Source: Candidatus Altimarinota bacterium (GTDB lineage: Bacteria > Patescibacteriota > Gracilibacteria > UBA4473). From it: DNA of 64,000 nucleotides. The position numbers and the translations under genes were made by a program. Under the pieces are notes generated by a model. The model was given only the letters and a program-made list of their open reading frames with translations, was not told the origin of the DNA and did no database searches. This document shows positions 20,193 through 30,721 of this stretch, piece after piece (within the stretch, counting starts at the first letter, position 1; each line of letters starts with the position of its first letter). The stretch is taken from assembly GCA_965231215.1 (NCBI GenBank), contig OZ246423.1, forward strand, positions 384,001-448,000. Reading direction: 5' to 3'.

Positions 20193-22544
20193 TTATTTCT
20201 TCTTAAACCGGCCTTTAGATTTAGCTGCTGGAGCCTCTTTAATAATCTTTTCAATTTCCTCTAAGGTAAGCTTTTCTGGTGCTTTGACCTCTTTTGGGAT
20301 TCGCACATTTTTCTTGCCGTGCTTGATATAAATTCCATACGGTCCTCGAAGGAGTTGGATCTCTTTTTCAGGCCACTCAGCAATATATTTATTTTTATCA
20401 GATTCACGTTTTTCTGAAACCAAAATAATCGCTCGTTCTAGGTCTATTGTAGAGGGATCATCTCCAGGAACTTCGTTTCCTTCTTCATCTATAGATTTTT
20501 TCTTGAGTGAAGCATTCGTCTTTCCACATTTAACATAAGGCCCAAATCTTCCAGTATTAACGAGCACTTCTTCCCCTTCAAATTCTCCCAAATTACGAGG
20601 GAATTCAAACATTTTAAGAGCTTCTTCTAGCGTTACTTCTTCTACGCCTTTTCCTTCAGGCAGCGAGGCAAATTGAGGCTTCTCTTCATCTTCAGAAGTT
20701 CCTATTTGCACCATAGGTCCAAATCGTCCAACTCGGGCGATTACGGGCTTTCCTGTTTTTGGATCTTTGCCGAGTTCTCTTTGGCTTGAGGCTTCTTCAC
20801 GTGAGATGCCTCCAGCGGCTTCAATGGTTTGATGAAATCCTCCGTAAAAATTTTTAATCATCGCATTCCATTTGTTTTTTCCTTCAGCAATACTATCAAA
20901 TTCTTCTTCTACCTTGGCAGTAAATTGATAATCCACAACTTCACTAAAATGTTTTACCAAAAAATCATTTACAACCTTTCCAATATCGGTTGGGAAAAGT
21001 TTATTTTTCTCAGCTCCAAAGTTTTCTTGGACGGCGTCTTCTTTGATTTCATTACTTGGCATGAGAACCGCTAAGCGCACATCTCGTTTTTCGGCCGGGC
21101 GTTCTTTTTTCTCAATGTAACCACGATCCTGGATGGTAGAAATAGTTGGCGCATAGGTTGATGGTCGTCCAATTCCCATTTCCTCTAACGCTTTTACCAA
21201 AGAGGCCTCTGTATAGCGTGGTTTTGGACGGGCAAAGTTTTCTTTGGCTATAATTTGTGTCATATCCAAATCTTGCCCTTCTTTGAGTGGCGGTAGCATT
21301 TTAGCTTCGTGTACCTCTTCTTCATTATCAGTCCCTTCAATGTAGACTTTCAAAAACCCATCAAAGGCAATCATTTCGCCTTGTGCTACAAATTTTTCAG
21401 AACTGGTTGAGGCCAAAACCGTCGCTACAGTTTTCTCTAATTTAGCATCGGTCATCTGTGAGGCGATGGTTCGTTTCCAGATTAGTTCATAGAGGCGTTC
21501 TTCGTTACGCTCTCCACTCACAGAATTCACCCCCAAATCTGTAGGGCGGACAGCTTCATGCGCTTCTTGAGCGCCACTAGATTTGGTCTTGTATTTACGA
21601 ACCTGTACATATTCTTTTCCAAAATTTTTCTCTATCTCACTGGCTGCTTGCGCTACCGCTTGATCTGATAAATTTACCGAATCAGTACGCATATAGGTGA
21701 TTTTCCCAGATTCGTACAATCGCTGCGCCACTACCATGGTTTGTTTTACCGAGAATCCTAATTTCCTTGAGGCTTCTTGTTGCAGTGTTGAGGTAGTAAA
21801 GGGCGCTGATGGAGATCTTTTCCCAGGTTTAGTATCTAAGCTTTCAACGCTAAAGTCAGCCCCCTTGAGAGAGGTCAAAAAGGCGAGTGCTTCTTCATAG
21901 GTTTTAAACTTCGTAGCGGCTTCGGCTTTTAATACTTTTTTGTTTTCCAGGTCAAATTCAGCGGTCACTTTAAAAGTAGAACTCGCGGCAAAATCACGAA
22001 TTTCTCTTTCTCTCTCTACAATAACACGAACGGCCACAGACTGGACTCTTCCGGCAGAAAGCCCCGCTTTGATCTTTTTCCAAAGCACAGGACTTAACTC
22101 ATACCCCACTAATCTATCCAGGACTCTTCGGGCTTGTTGAGCATCTACCAAATTTTGATCTACTACTCGTGGTTTTTCAATAGCGGCGGTTATAGCCGGT
22201 TTTGTAATTTCATGAAATACAATTCGTTTAGTGGTTTTACTATCCAGTCCCAAAGCCTGGGTTAGATGCCAGGCAATGGCCTCTCCTTCACGATCTTCAT
22301 CCGAGGCCAGCCAGACGGTCTTGCCTTTGGCTTCTTTTTTAAGTTCGTTGATAGTTTTCTTTTTGTCATCTGATACTTCATAGGTAGGCATAAAAGTCCC
22401 TCCCTCAATATCAATATTCATATTTTTTTTGGGGAGATCACGCACATGGCCAAAAGAGGACTTAACGGTATAATCTTTCCCTAAGAATTTTTCTATTGTT
22501 TTGGCTTTCGCCGGCGACTCCACAATGACTAAATTTTTCGACAT
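20193..22544 (-). CDS. topA: DNA topoisomerase I
   Basis: IVESPAKAKTI, DEDREGEAIAWH, SAGRVQS, ITYMRTDS; C-terminal GRFGP repeats instead of Zn fingers. Confidence 0.98.
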   Translation of the reverse strand: MSKNLVIVESPAKAKTIEKFLGKDYTVKSSFGHVRDLPKKNMNIDIEGGTFMPTYEVSDDKKKTINELKKEAKGKTVWLASDEDREGEAIAWHLTQALGLDSKTTKRIVFHEITKPAITAAIEKPRVVDQNLVDAQQARRVLDRLVGYELSPVLWKKIKAGLSAGRVQSVAVRVIVEREREIRDFAASSTFKVTAEFDLENKKVLKAEAATKFKTYEEALAFLTSLKGADFSVESLDTKPGKRSPSAPFTTSTLQQEASRKLGFSVKQTMVVAQRLYESGKITYMRTDSVNLSDQAVAQAASEIEKNFGKEYVQVRKYKTKSSGAQEAHEAVRPTDLGVNSVSGERNEERLYELIWKRTIASQMTDAKLEKTVATVLASTSSEKFVAQGEMIAFDGFLKVYIEGTDNEEEVHEAKMLPPLKEGQDLDMTQIIAKENFARPKPRYTEASLVKALEEMGIGRPSTYAPTISTIQDRGYIEKKERPAEKRDVRLAVLMPSNEIKEDAVQENFGAEKNKLFPTDIGKVVNDFLVKHFSEVVDYQFTAKVEEEFDSIAEGKNKWNAMIKNFYGGFHQTIEAAGGISREEASSQRELGKDPKTGKPVIARVGRFGPMVQIGTSEDEEKPQFASLPEGKGVEEVTLEEALKMFEFPRNLGEFEGEEVLVNTGRFGPYVKCGKTNASLKKKSIDEEGNEVPGDDPSTIDLERAIILVSEKRESDKNKYIAEWPEKEIQLLRGPYGIYIKHGKKNVRIPKEVKAPEKLTLEEIEKIIKEAPAAKSKGRFKKK

Positions 22545-22737
22545 ATAAACGAAGGATGAATTCTCGGACTAAAAATTTTCTATGAAATTTTTTCTTGAAA
22601 AGGGTACGAAACTTTTAGTTCATTGTCGAGAAATTTCAAATTATAACGTTTTTCTATTTTAAAATTTTTACTTATTAAAATGTTTGCAAAAAAACGTCAA
22701 TCACTTATAAAAATAATAACATTATAAAATAAATTAT

Positions 22738-23889
22738 ATGCGACTCCTTACGGAAGCCACCCTTCATCACAATGAACCTGCTAACTATGATGACCTTCTT
22801 TCTGAATTGGGTTTTGAAGTTGATAAAAACAGAGACTTACTCGCTTCAGACATGGATGGGACGATGTTCAAAGAAGATCTAGGAGTTTTAGTCTTTGTTC
22901 AGAAACTACAAGATCCAACGTTCTGGACGTATGCCCCTGAAAGGTTTGAAAGATTGCTGCTTCCAGCTCACTACCAAAAAATCTTAAAAGAAGGCGTCTC
23001 AGAGATTCCAGTGAAGGACACTGAAAAAATATTCCGACTCACTGAGGAAATTTCCCGTCTTTATGCTCAAATGAAAGTACGGATTAAGGATGGAGTTCAG
23101 TTTACGCCTGAAGAAGCGATTTTAAGTGAATTCATTCTTCGTATGCTGGCCTTTGACGATCTACTCATGACCTACGACAAATACCTCATGCCTCTTTCTG
23201 GAGATATGTTTCTTTCCCGAACTCGTTTTTTTTCGGGTAAAAATGTTTCGGATGTCGAGCGACTTGCTGCCTCAATTACCACCAACAGTAATGGACAAAT
23301 ATTAAATATTGAAGGGATTGAAAAAAACTGGGAAGATCTTGAACTTTCTGAACTATCGGATGATGAAAAAAGCCGAGTCATTCAGCTTTCAACAACTATA
23401 CGAGAAGATGTTTTTTCTATTATTTCAAGACTCATTAGTGAAAAGAAATTCATTCATAGAAATGTAGTAACCGCCAACCTCCTTGCTATTGCTAAGACAG
23501 CGGTTCGAAATAGTCAATATAGATCTCTCTTTAGCCATGATGGAGCGGTTCTCGCTAGCAAGCTCGCCAAAAATGGAGATAAAACCCTTGGTCCCAAAAT
23601 GAAAGAACCCCCTATCTATGGAGGCAAAAAAATTGAAGCCATCAAAAAACATAAGCCAAACGCACGACTTCGGGTAGCTCTTGGAGACACCCGAGGGGAT
23701 ATTCCCATGATTGCAAAATCACTGGAAAATGGAGGCTTAGGATTTTTTATTGCTGATGCTAAAGACCCGCAAAAAGCGGCCCATTATGTAAAATCTTCTA
23801 TTCAAACAACTCTGAATATAGAAAATCTATCAGAAAAACTGGGAGCTGATTGGGAACAAAGAATGATTTATGTTTTGCAGGAGGACTAG
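22738..23889 (+). CDS. HAD-superfamily hydrolase-like protein
   Basis: Motif I DMDGT, motif II VVTAN, K (GGKK), motif IV LGDTRGD. Confidence 0.7.
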   Translation: MRLLTEATLHHNEPANYDDLLSELGFEVDKNRDLLASDMDGTMFKEDLGVLVFVQKLQDPTFWTYAPERFERLLLPAHYQKILKEGVSEIPVKDTEKIFRLTEEISRLYAQMKVRIKDGVQFTPEEAILSEFILRMLAFDDLLMTYDKYLMPLSGDMFLSRTRFFSGKNVSDVERLAASITTNSNGQILNIEGIEKNWEDLELSELSDDEKSRVIQLSTTIREDVFSIISRLISEKKFIHRNVVTANLLAIAKTAVRNSQYRSLFSHDGAVLASKLAKNGDKTLGPKMKEPPIYGGKKIEAIKKHKPNARLRVALGDTRGDIPMIAKSLENGGLGFFIADAKDPQKAAHYVKSSIQTTLNIENLSEKLGADWEQRMIYVLQED

Positions 23890-23955
23890 TTTCTGTTTTA
23901 GAATTTTTAGATGTCTCCTAAAAAAATTTAAAATAAGCGAGAAAATACGGAAGTT

Positions 23956-24237
23956 ATGAAAATCGTTGGCAACGATATTGTTTATGATCTAAGTCACTCT
24001 ATTAATTCTCCCTGGAAAATAAAAGATTACAGTGCTGGTGAAAAACTGGATGACTATACGCTAAAGATAAATTTGTTGAAAGAAGAAGATACGTCAATGA
24101 CCATTACCCTTGAAGGGGCCGCCAAGGCTATAAAACCGTCCAAAGAATTACCTATGAAATGGAAAATGAGGGTTCTTAATTATATTAAAAAAATAAAGAT
24201 TGAAGGGTATAAAATCACCGCCGGCAAAGATTTTTAA
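23956..24237 (+). CDS. Hypothetical protein
   Basis: 93-aa ORF filling the spacer, no recognised motif. Confidence 0.55.
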   Translation: MKIVGNDIVYDLSHSINSPWKIKDYSAGEKLDDYTLKINLLKEEDTSMTITLEGAAKAIKPSKELPMKWKMRVLNYIKKIKIEGYKITAGKDF

Positions 24238-24249
24238 AACCGTTAGAGG

Positions 24250-25038
24250 CTAAAACTCCAACATCACCGGACAATGATCTGATCCCATCTGTTCCGTGAG
24301 GTATTGCATATTTTTGACCTGTGGAAAAAAGGATTTGTCCACAAAAAAGTAGTCAATTCTCCATCCTACATTCCGGCTACGAGCTCGGGTAATCAGATGC
24401 CACCAAGAGTACACCTCTTTAACATCAGGATTAGTTTTACGCCATACGTCGATCCAGCCGGCCTGAAGCCATTTATCGAGCCACGCTCTCTCCTCTGGAT
24501 GGAATCCAATAACTCCATCGTTTTCCTCAGGACGTGCTAGGTCTATAGGGTTGTGAGCACAGTTTACATCCCCAGCCCAAATACAGATTCGCCCCTCATC
24601 ACGAATATGATTTACATACTCTAAAAATTTTTTATAAAACACCAATTTTTGCTCCCAGGCCTCGGATGACTTCCCCCCATTTGGGAAATAAATGCCCAAT
24701 ACGCAATAGGCTTCCCCCTTCATATCAAAATCTACCCGAGCCACTCGCCCCTCATTAGAAACAGGATCATTGGGCATACCTTCTATAAATTTTATGTTTG
24801 AAATATTGAGATTACTCTTCACCCAAATAGCCGTTCCTGAATACCCTGGTTTTTCGGCCGATACATAAAACTTTTGATAATTTTCATAAATATTATCCAA
24901 AAATTCTACCTGTTCTGATTTAGATTTAGTTTCCTGAATCAGTAAAATATCTGGACTGTGATCATTGAGAAACGGCTCCAGAAATGCCTTTCTTTCTACA
25001 GCTCTCAATCCATTTACATTCCACGAAATAATCTTCAT
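24250..25038 (-). CDS. xth: Exodeoxyribonuclease III / AP endonuclease
   Basis: SWNVNG, QETK, GYSG, YFPNG, GDVN, GWRIDY, SDHCP. Confidence 0.96.
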   Translation of the reverse strand: MKIISWNVNGLRAVERKAFLEPFLNDHSPDILLIQETKSKSEQVEFLDNIYENYQKFYVSAEKPGYSGTAIWVKSNLNISNIKFIEGMPNDPVSNEGRVARVDFDMKGEAYCVLGIYFPNGGKSSEAWEQKLVFYKKFLEYVNHIRDEGRICIWAGDVNCAHNPIDLARPEENDGVIGFHPEERAWLDKWLQAGWIDVWRKTNPDVKEVYSWWHLITRARSRNVGWRIDYFFVDKSFFPQVKNMQYLTEQMGSDHCPVMLEF

Positions 25039-25482
25039 CTATTTCACACCAATAATTCGAGAAGTACACACTAGCACCCGGGCTGAATACACATTCACCA
25101 AATGCAATGGGTGCTCTGTTTTAATCGTGCGAAGGTGGTCAAAATTTCGTTTGTGATACGGCCGTCCATATCTGAGCAAACACCACAAAACATAAGCAAT
25201 CACATCCACAAAAAAGTGAATAATTCCGAGGAAATAACCACTATTAAAATTTCCAAACTCGCAATGCAGTTCTACAAATTCATCAAATTTAACCGCATGC
25301 CAATGAAAAAACCTATGAATGCTTCGCCAATTTTCTTGTTTGTAAAAAAGTGTCTTTGTGGGTTTGAAGAATTTTTTAATCTTCTCAAAATCTTTGAGCG
25401 AAATTACCACATGAGTTTTCCAATCAAAATAAGTATGCAACTTATGTTGATCTAAAAACATCCACATTTCCCTAAAACTCAT
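25039..25482 (-). CDS. Hypothetical membrane protein
   Basis: 147 aa with one TM segment, co-oriented in operon. Confidence 0.55.
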   Translation of the reverse strand: MSFREMWMFLDQHKLHTYFDWKTHVVISLKDFEKIKKFFKPTKTLFYKQENWRSIHRFFHWHAVKFDEFVELHCEFGNFNSGYFLGIIHFFVDVIAYVLWCLLRYGRPYHKRNFDHLRTIKTEHPLHLVNVYSARVLVCTSRIIGVK

Positions 25483-25490
25483 TGTCTTGA

Positions 25491-26072
25491 TTATACCTGC
25501 ATTCCACGAATATTGGAGATTAATTCTGGAAATTTATCCTGGAGGAAATGATTTCGGTCTTCAAAGGTCATTGTTTGAGCTGACTTTAAGGCTTTTTGGT
25601 AACACTCTAACTCCTGATAGGGCACGACAAAGTCATCTTTAGAGTGATAGAGATAAATATTGTCGGTCTTAGTTTCTACTGGTGCTAAAGTCCCCTGAAA
25701 ATCAAATCCTCCAGGAGCGCCAAAAGGAGCCGCTACTAAATGCAGTGAAACCACCTCCAAATCTACATCATTTTTGGCCAAATATTTGGCCAAAAAATTT
25801 GCCCCTAAACTCCACCCCAAAAGCACCGCTTCCCCACTTATATTATCCATTTGTGACTGAAAATATTTTTCCCATAAGACATATTTAGCATCATATTTCC
25901 AAGGCATCTGCATTTTTATTACTTCAAATTCAGGCAAATCTTCTGCCAGATTATCAGCCCATTTTTTGGGTTTAGTCTTAAACGGTTTTTCAAGATAGGC
26001 TAAAGCTGTAGATCGCCACCCTTCAAACAGGGTATCAAAACATTCGCCACCATGAACATAAATCAGTTTCAT
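25491..26072 (-). CDS. Alpha/beta hydrolase (YdeN/RBBP9-like)
   Basis: YVHGG, GWSLG nucleophile elbow, HSKDDFVV, NHF. Confidence 0.85.
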   Translation of the reverse strand: MKLIYVHGGECFDTLFEGWRSTALAYLEKPFKTKPKKWADNLAEDLPEFEVIKMQMPWKYDAKYVLWEKYFQSQMDNISGEAVLLGWSLGANFLAKYLAKNDVDLEVVSLHLVAAPFGAPGGFDFQGTLAPVETKTDNIYLYHSKDDFVVPYQELECYQKALKSAQTMTFEDRNHFLQDKFPELISNIRGMQV

Positions 26073-26075
26073 TCC

Positions 26076-27131
26076 TTAGCGGTTACGAATCTCTGCAACA
26101 TAGTGTTCTAAGATTTCACAAAAATCTGAAATATCTTGATCGGTCAAAAATTTGTGCAGACTCATCCGAATCGGATACTGCCAAACTGGATCTTTTTCTA
26201 TATATGATATCACCTCTGTTGGTACCATAATATCAGAAGTACAGGCCGAACCTATAGAGATACAGATATCTTCTTCTTTAGCCAGCAACGCCATAAGCTC
26301 GCCCCCTCGAACCTCTTTAAAAGCTACATTAATAAGCCCTCGAACCTTAGTAGCTTCTGACTCATGGAATTTAAATCCAGGAATATGCTGTGCGATATAT
26401 TGCCGGATCTGATCATCCCAAGTGGCGAGCTTTTCTAGATGTTGTTCTTTTTCTTCGTGCCAGATTTCAAAGGCTTTAGCCGCCCCGGCCACTAAACTGC
26501 AAGATTTAGTATGACTGTCTTTTGAAATTTCTGGAAACAACTCCGGAGACTTCATATACAAAATTCCAATATGTTTGGGTCCGTAAAATTTTTGAGGCGT
26601 AAAAACTCCAAAATCTGCACTTTCTAAATCCGGTTCAAGGCCTTTGGCAAAACTCTGTGAGTAGTCGCGCAAAATCAAGCTCTCTGGAAATTTGGATCGA
26701 ATATCACTTCCTGAATAAACTCGACCCGTTTCAGAATTCGCTCCCATAAGGGCGGCTAATTTACTACTCCCCGGCAGGCCTTGAAGCGTTACTGGATCAA
26801 ACCGATGTGTTGGCAAAATTTCATCTAAAATCGAACTATGTTCCACTGCACTGCAATACAAATTTTCGATTCCAAAGTGTTTTCGACAAGCCCAAAGCAC
26901 TCGACGATTAGCATCTGTACCAGAATAAGTCACACTCAGCTGCTCCCAGTTACATCCTAAAACATCCGCTATAATTTTGAGAGAAGTATCAATCACTTTC
27001 TGAGCCTCATAGCCGCGACCGTGTTTTGAGTTATTGTTCCCAAAAATAGCCGCATGGGCTTCCATGGTTGATTGCACTCGCGGATCAACAGGGGTGCTTG
27101 CCGCCGAATCAAAATACGTTCCATATTTCAT
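26076..27131 (-). CDS. Cysteine desulfurase-like class V PLP enzyme
   Basis: FDSAASTP, NSETG, DYSQ, PQKFYGPK (PLP Lys), SIGSACTS (catalytic Cys). Confidence 0.85.
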   Translation of the reverse strand: MKYGTYFDSAASTPVDPRVQSTMEAHAAIFGNNNSKHGRGYEAQKVIDTSLKIIADVLGCNWEQLSVTYSGTDANRRVLWACRKHFGIENLYCSAVEHSSILDEILPTHRFDPVTLQGLPGSSKLAALMGANSETGRVYSGSDIRSKFPESLILRDYSQSFAKGLEPDLESADFGVFTPQKFYGPKHIGILYMKSPELFPEISKDSHTKSCSLVAGAAKAFEIWHEEKEQHLEKLATWDDQIRQYIAQHIPGFKFHESEATKVRGLINVAFKEVRGGELMALLAKEEDICISIGSACTSDIMVPTEVISYIEKDPVWQYPIRMSLHKFLTDQDISDFCEILEHYVAEIRNR

Positions 27132-27159
27132 CAACTTCAAAGATAGGGAAGGTCAGAAA

Positions 27160-27789
27160 TTATTTCAATTTTTTTGCTAAGGCAATATAGTTACGCGTTC
27201 CAAACTTTTCAGATTTTATGACTTCAAATCCAGCGGATTTCAGCATTTTGCTCAAATCTTTTTCCGTCACATTTCGGTAGGTTCGAGGATGTTTCTCCGG
27301 TCCAAAAGGAATGATCCAATTTTTGGTAAAAACCCGTCCCTGCCAGAAGTTTTTCCAGAAGTATTTGGGAGGCAATACCCACGTAGTAATAAAGACCCTT
27401 CCTCCTGGTTTTAGGACTCTATAGGTTTCTTTAAAAAATGTTTGTTGTTCTTTTTTCGTCAGTAAATGATGAAATGCCGCAATAGAGAAAACCCAATCAA
27501 AATTATCCGCTCCAAAAGGAAGTCCTTTACCAAAATGACCTTTAAAAAAAGCCTCTTTAGGAAAAGTTTTTCGAGCAATCCCCAAAAGTTTTTCCGATAT
27601 ATCAAACCCAAAATAAGCTCCACGCTGAACTAAATCTTCAGGCAAAAATTTGCGCAACCTCCCGTTACCACAGCCCAAATCTAAAACCCGATCGCCTTTT
27701 TGTATTTGGGGTAAAAATAGTTCAAATTCTGGCCAAGATTTTTGACGCGTTTTGTTCCAGTCTTCTGAAAATTGGTCGTATTCTGACAT
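27160..27789 (-). CDS. Class I SAM methyltransferase, Trm9/ALKBH8-like
   Basis: YDQFSEDWNKTRQKSWP, LDLGCGNGR, SIAAFHHL, LKPGG; start moved to the ATG just after the antiporter stop. Confidence 0.8.
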   Translation of the reverse strand: MSEYDQFSEDWNKTRQKSWPEFELFLPQIQKGDRVLDLGCGNGRLRKFLPEDLVQRGAYFGFDISEKLLGIARKTFPKEAFFKGHFGKGLPFGADNFDWVFSIAAFHHLLTKKEQQTFFKETYRVLKPGGRVFITTWVLPPKYFWKNFWQGRVFTKNWIIPFGPEKHPRTYRNVTEKDLSKMLKSAGFEVIKSEKFGTRNYIALAKKLK

Positions 27790-27790
27790 A

Positions 27791-29872
27791 TTATTTATGT
27801 AGTTTTTGAGATCGCTCTTGAATCTCACCTTCCAGGTTCTCATAAATTTTTTCAGAAATAAAGCCTTTCTCAAAAAACTTCTTCTCAATGTATTTCATTT
27901 GTTCAAGGCAGGCTTTTTCTGTCACATAGGTTCTATGAGGAATAACAATTTGGGGATATTCTTTTTCTAGCATCTGCATTTTGAATTCAGCATTCTCGTT
28001 CCATTTTTTGTAACGATCAATAATTTTTTGGACTACTGGCGATTTTTTAAAAACAGGATGATCTTCTACCAAAGATTCAAAATTTTTAACCACCTTCCAG
28101 CTAGCAATTCTTCTCGCTCGGTAGTGCTGGAGTCTAGAAATAATCTTTTGATGCTTATGCGATTTACACACCTTCTTTGCCCAAGATTTTAAGCCTAAAA
28201 ATTTGTAAATTCTTGAGACTGAACATTCTTCCGAAACCTCTGGGGCATACTTATGACTTGGTTGTCTTTCATCTGGCAAAGTATCGCGCTCAAGCCTATC
28301 TATCTGTCGGTTAATACTCTCTCTCAAAACCACAAAGCGTTCTTCTGTGATTTCTTCTTGAGCAAAGAGTTTTCTATAGGTCTGCAGCTCAATACCAAGG
28401 GCAAAATGGGTAAACATTTTTTCAAGTTCGCGGGCATTGTTTCCTAAACGTTTTTCTAGACCTTTAAGTTTCTTAATAACCTGCTCATGCTCGGCCATAT
28501 ACTGATGTTTTAGTTTCTTATGAATAGTTTTAGATACATATTTACGCTTAAGCAAGGAGTCTAAATAGTGGCAAACCTCTTCATTGATAACCAGCTCCGC
28601 TTCGGTTTGATGGAACTCTTCTTTTCGGCTAAGTTTGTTTACTTTTAAATACTTCAAAAGCAGTGGCAGCGTCATCGCATTAAGGAAAAATGTAGCGATA
28701 ATAACTCCCGCCGTCATAGCCTGAAGCACCTCGGCGTATTCAAAGCTCTCTGGCAAAAGCAAAACCGCTGCCGCCGCTAAAGCTCCACGAATACCTGCCC
28801 AAATCAGAATGAGTTGCGCATCCACCCCCGTTCGCTGTGGTTTTGCCACAAAGCGATTATTAACCAAAAAAGAAACACAAACCGATAACGGACGAGCCAA
28901 GAAAACCGTTAAAGCTATAGCCAAAACTATAGGCACTAAATTTTCTATAAACCCAATACTTCCGAGTTTTAGACCCAGCAGCATAAATACTAAGGCATTA
29001 GAAACAAACCCTAGAAAAGCCCAAATCTCTTTAAAAGATCTCAGTGATTCTGGTTTGAGTTTTCTTTTTCCAAAATTTCCCACCAAAAGTCCCGCTGTGA
29101 GCGTCGCTAAAATTCCAGAAACAGAAAGTAATCCTTCTGCTACCAAAAAAGTCATATGCGCCAAAACTAAACTCAGAGTTAACTGCACTCCTTTATTTTG
29201 AGAGTGGGCAATAGCATAAGAGAACACTCCTCCCATAAGGGCGCCCACTAGAATTCCTAAACACACAGACTGAATAAGTTTCAAACTCTCAATCGCTACC
29301 AATGTTGGTGAAAATGTCACTAACCCTCCGACCACGGCAAGCCCAAAAAAGTATTGAAATATAACCAGCGCAGTTCCATCGTTAATCAAGCTCTCTCCAT
29401 CCACCATGGTATTGAGCTTTCTCGGCACCTTCATTTCTTTAAAGATCGCTAATACCGCTACCGGATCTGTAGCTGAAATAAGCGACCCAAACAATAAACT
29501 CACCACCCAAGGCAAACCCAAGGCATAGTGAAGCCCGGCTCCAATAATCCAAATAGAGATACAGAGCCCCAAAGTAGCCATAATACTCACCTCACGAAGT
29601 ACCCCTCTAAAATGCCTAAAGTCCAAGTGATACGCCGATTCAAAAATAAGAGTGGGTAAAAATACGTAAAAAATAATTTCTGGCGAAAACGCTATATACT
29701 CAAACCAAGGCCAGTCAAATTTCTCCACAATGAGTGAAAGTCCTAGCCCAGAAAAAAGCAATCCCACCGCAAATGGCACCTTAAATCTTTTACACAAAGC
29801 ATGGATAATGGTTGCCAAAGTCAGCAAACAAAAAACTCCCAGCGCCGCATACAAGAAATGATGGTTTTCCAT
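27791..29872 (-). CDS. Na+/H+ antiporter, CPA1/NhaP family
   Basis: FLPTLIFESA, ISATDPVAV, GESLINDG, GIRGA; long cytoplasmic tail. Confidence 0.93.
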   Translation of the reverse strand: MENHHFLYAALGVFCLLTLATIIHALCKRFKVPFAVGLLFSGLGLSLIVEKFDWPWFEYIAFSPEIIFYVFLPTLIFESAYHLDFRHFRGVLREVSIMATLGLCISIWIIGAGLHYALGLPWVVSLLFGSLISATDPVAVLAIFKEMKVPRKLNTMVDGESLINDGTALVIFQYFFGLAVVGGLVTFSPTLVAIESLKLIQSVCLGILVGALMGGVFSYAIAHSQNKGVQLTLSLVLAHMTFLVAEGLLSVSGILATLTAGLLVGNFGKRKLKPESLRSFKEIWAFLGFVSNALVFMLLGLKLGSIGFIENLVPIVLAIALTVFLARPLSVCVSFLVNNRFVAKPQRTGVDAQLILIWAGIRGALAAAAVLLLPESFEYAEVLQAMTAGVIIATFFLNAMTLPLLLKYLKVNKLSRKEEFHQTEAELVINEEVCHYLDSLLKRKYVSKTIHKKLKHQYMAEHEQVIKKLKGLEKRLGNNARELEKMFTHFALGIELQTYRKLFAQEEITEERFVVLRESINRQIDRLERDTLPDERQPSHKYAPEVSEECSVSRIYKFLGLKSWAKKVCKSHKHQKIISRLQHYRARRIASWKVVKNFESLVEDHPVFKKSPVVQKIIDRYKKWNENAEFKMQMLEKEYPQIVIPHRTYVTEKACLEQMKYIEKKFFEKGFISEKIYENLEGEIQERSQKLHK

Positions 29873-29974
29873 TTCTATTAACGTTAATGCTCAGGTTTTA
29901 GTGATTAAAAGGCATTTGGCAAATTATTTTAGAGTCATTCTAGTGGGCCCAAAATTTGAAGTGTTTCAGCCTCT

Positions 29975-30721
29975 CTAAGCAAAAATTTCAAGACCCGTTT
30001 TGGTTACCACTCCACAGTGTTCCCACTGACAGGCGTCTTTTCCGTCCGCCGTAACCTCGGTCCATCCATCAGAAAGCGTTCTGCTTTTAGGGTTTCCCAG
30101 GGCCACAATAGGTTCTATACAAATAGTCTGTCCTTCTATAAGCGTGGCTCCAGTTCCTGGGGAACCGTAGTTAAGCACGTAGGGATCTTCATGCATGGCA
30201 TAGCCAACTCCATGCCCAGTAAATTCTTTGATGATAGTATATCCACCTTCGTTCACCGTTTTTTCAATAATATACCCAATATCTCCTAACGTGTTCCCCG
30301 CTACAGCCGCTTCACATCCAGCATCCAGGGCTTTTTTTACAGTCTGGCTAAACCGAGCTCTTTCCGGGTTGGCGGCATCTCCACCTACAATAACCGTAAA
30401 CGCTGCATCAGTAATAAGCCCTTCAAAAATCACTCCACAGTCTACAGAAATCAAGTCTCCATCTTTGAGCGTTCTATTGTCTGGAATTCCATGAACAATC
30501 TCTGAATTAATCATCGTACACAGGGTTCCTGGAAACCCTTTGTATCCCTTAAAAGCCGGAACACCACCATGATTCCTAATAACTGTTTCGGCTATAACAT
30601 CCAGATCTAAAAGAGTTACCCCTTCTTTTATTCCTTCTTTCACAGCTATTTGAGCGGCCTGTAAAATTTTTCCACCACGACGCATAATTGCCAATTCTTG
30701 ATCCGTTTTAGGTTTAAACAT
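29975..30721 (-). CDS. map: Methionine aminopeptidase type I
   Basis: HGIP, DCG...DAA, GHGVG..MHEDP, IEP, WEH; start MFKPK overlaps the adk stop (TAATG). Confidence 0.96.
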   Translation of the reverse strand: MFKPKTDQELAIMRRGGKILQAAQIAVKEGIKEGVTLLDLDVIAETVIRNHGGVPAFKGYKGFPGTLCTMINSEIVHGIPDNRTLKDGDLISVDCGVIFEGLITDAAFTVIVGGDAANPERARFSQTVKKALDAGCEAAVAGNTLGDIGYIIEKTVNEGGYTIIKEFTGHGVGYAMHEDPYVLNYGSPGTGATLIEGQTICIEPIVALGNPKSRTLSDGWTEVTADGKDACQWEHCGVVTKTGLEIFA

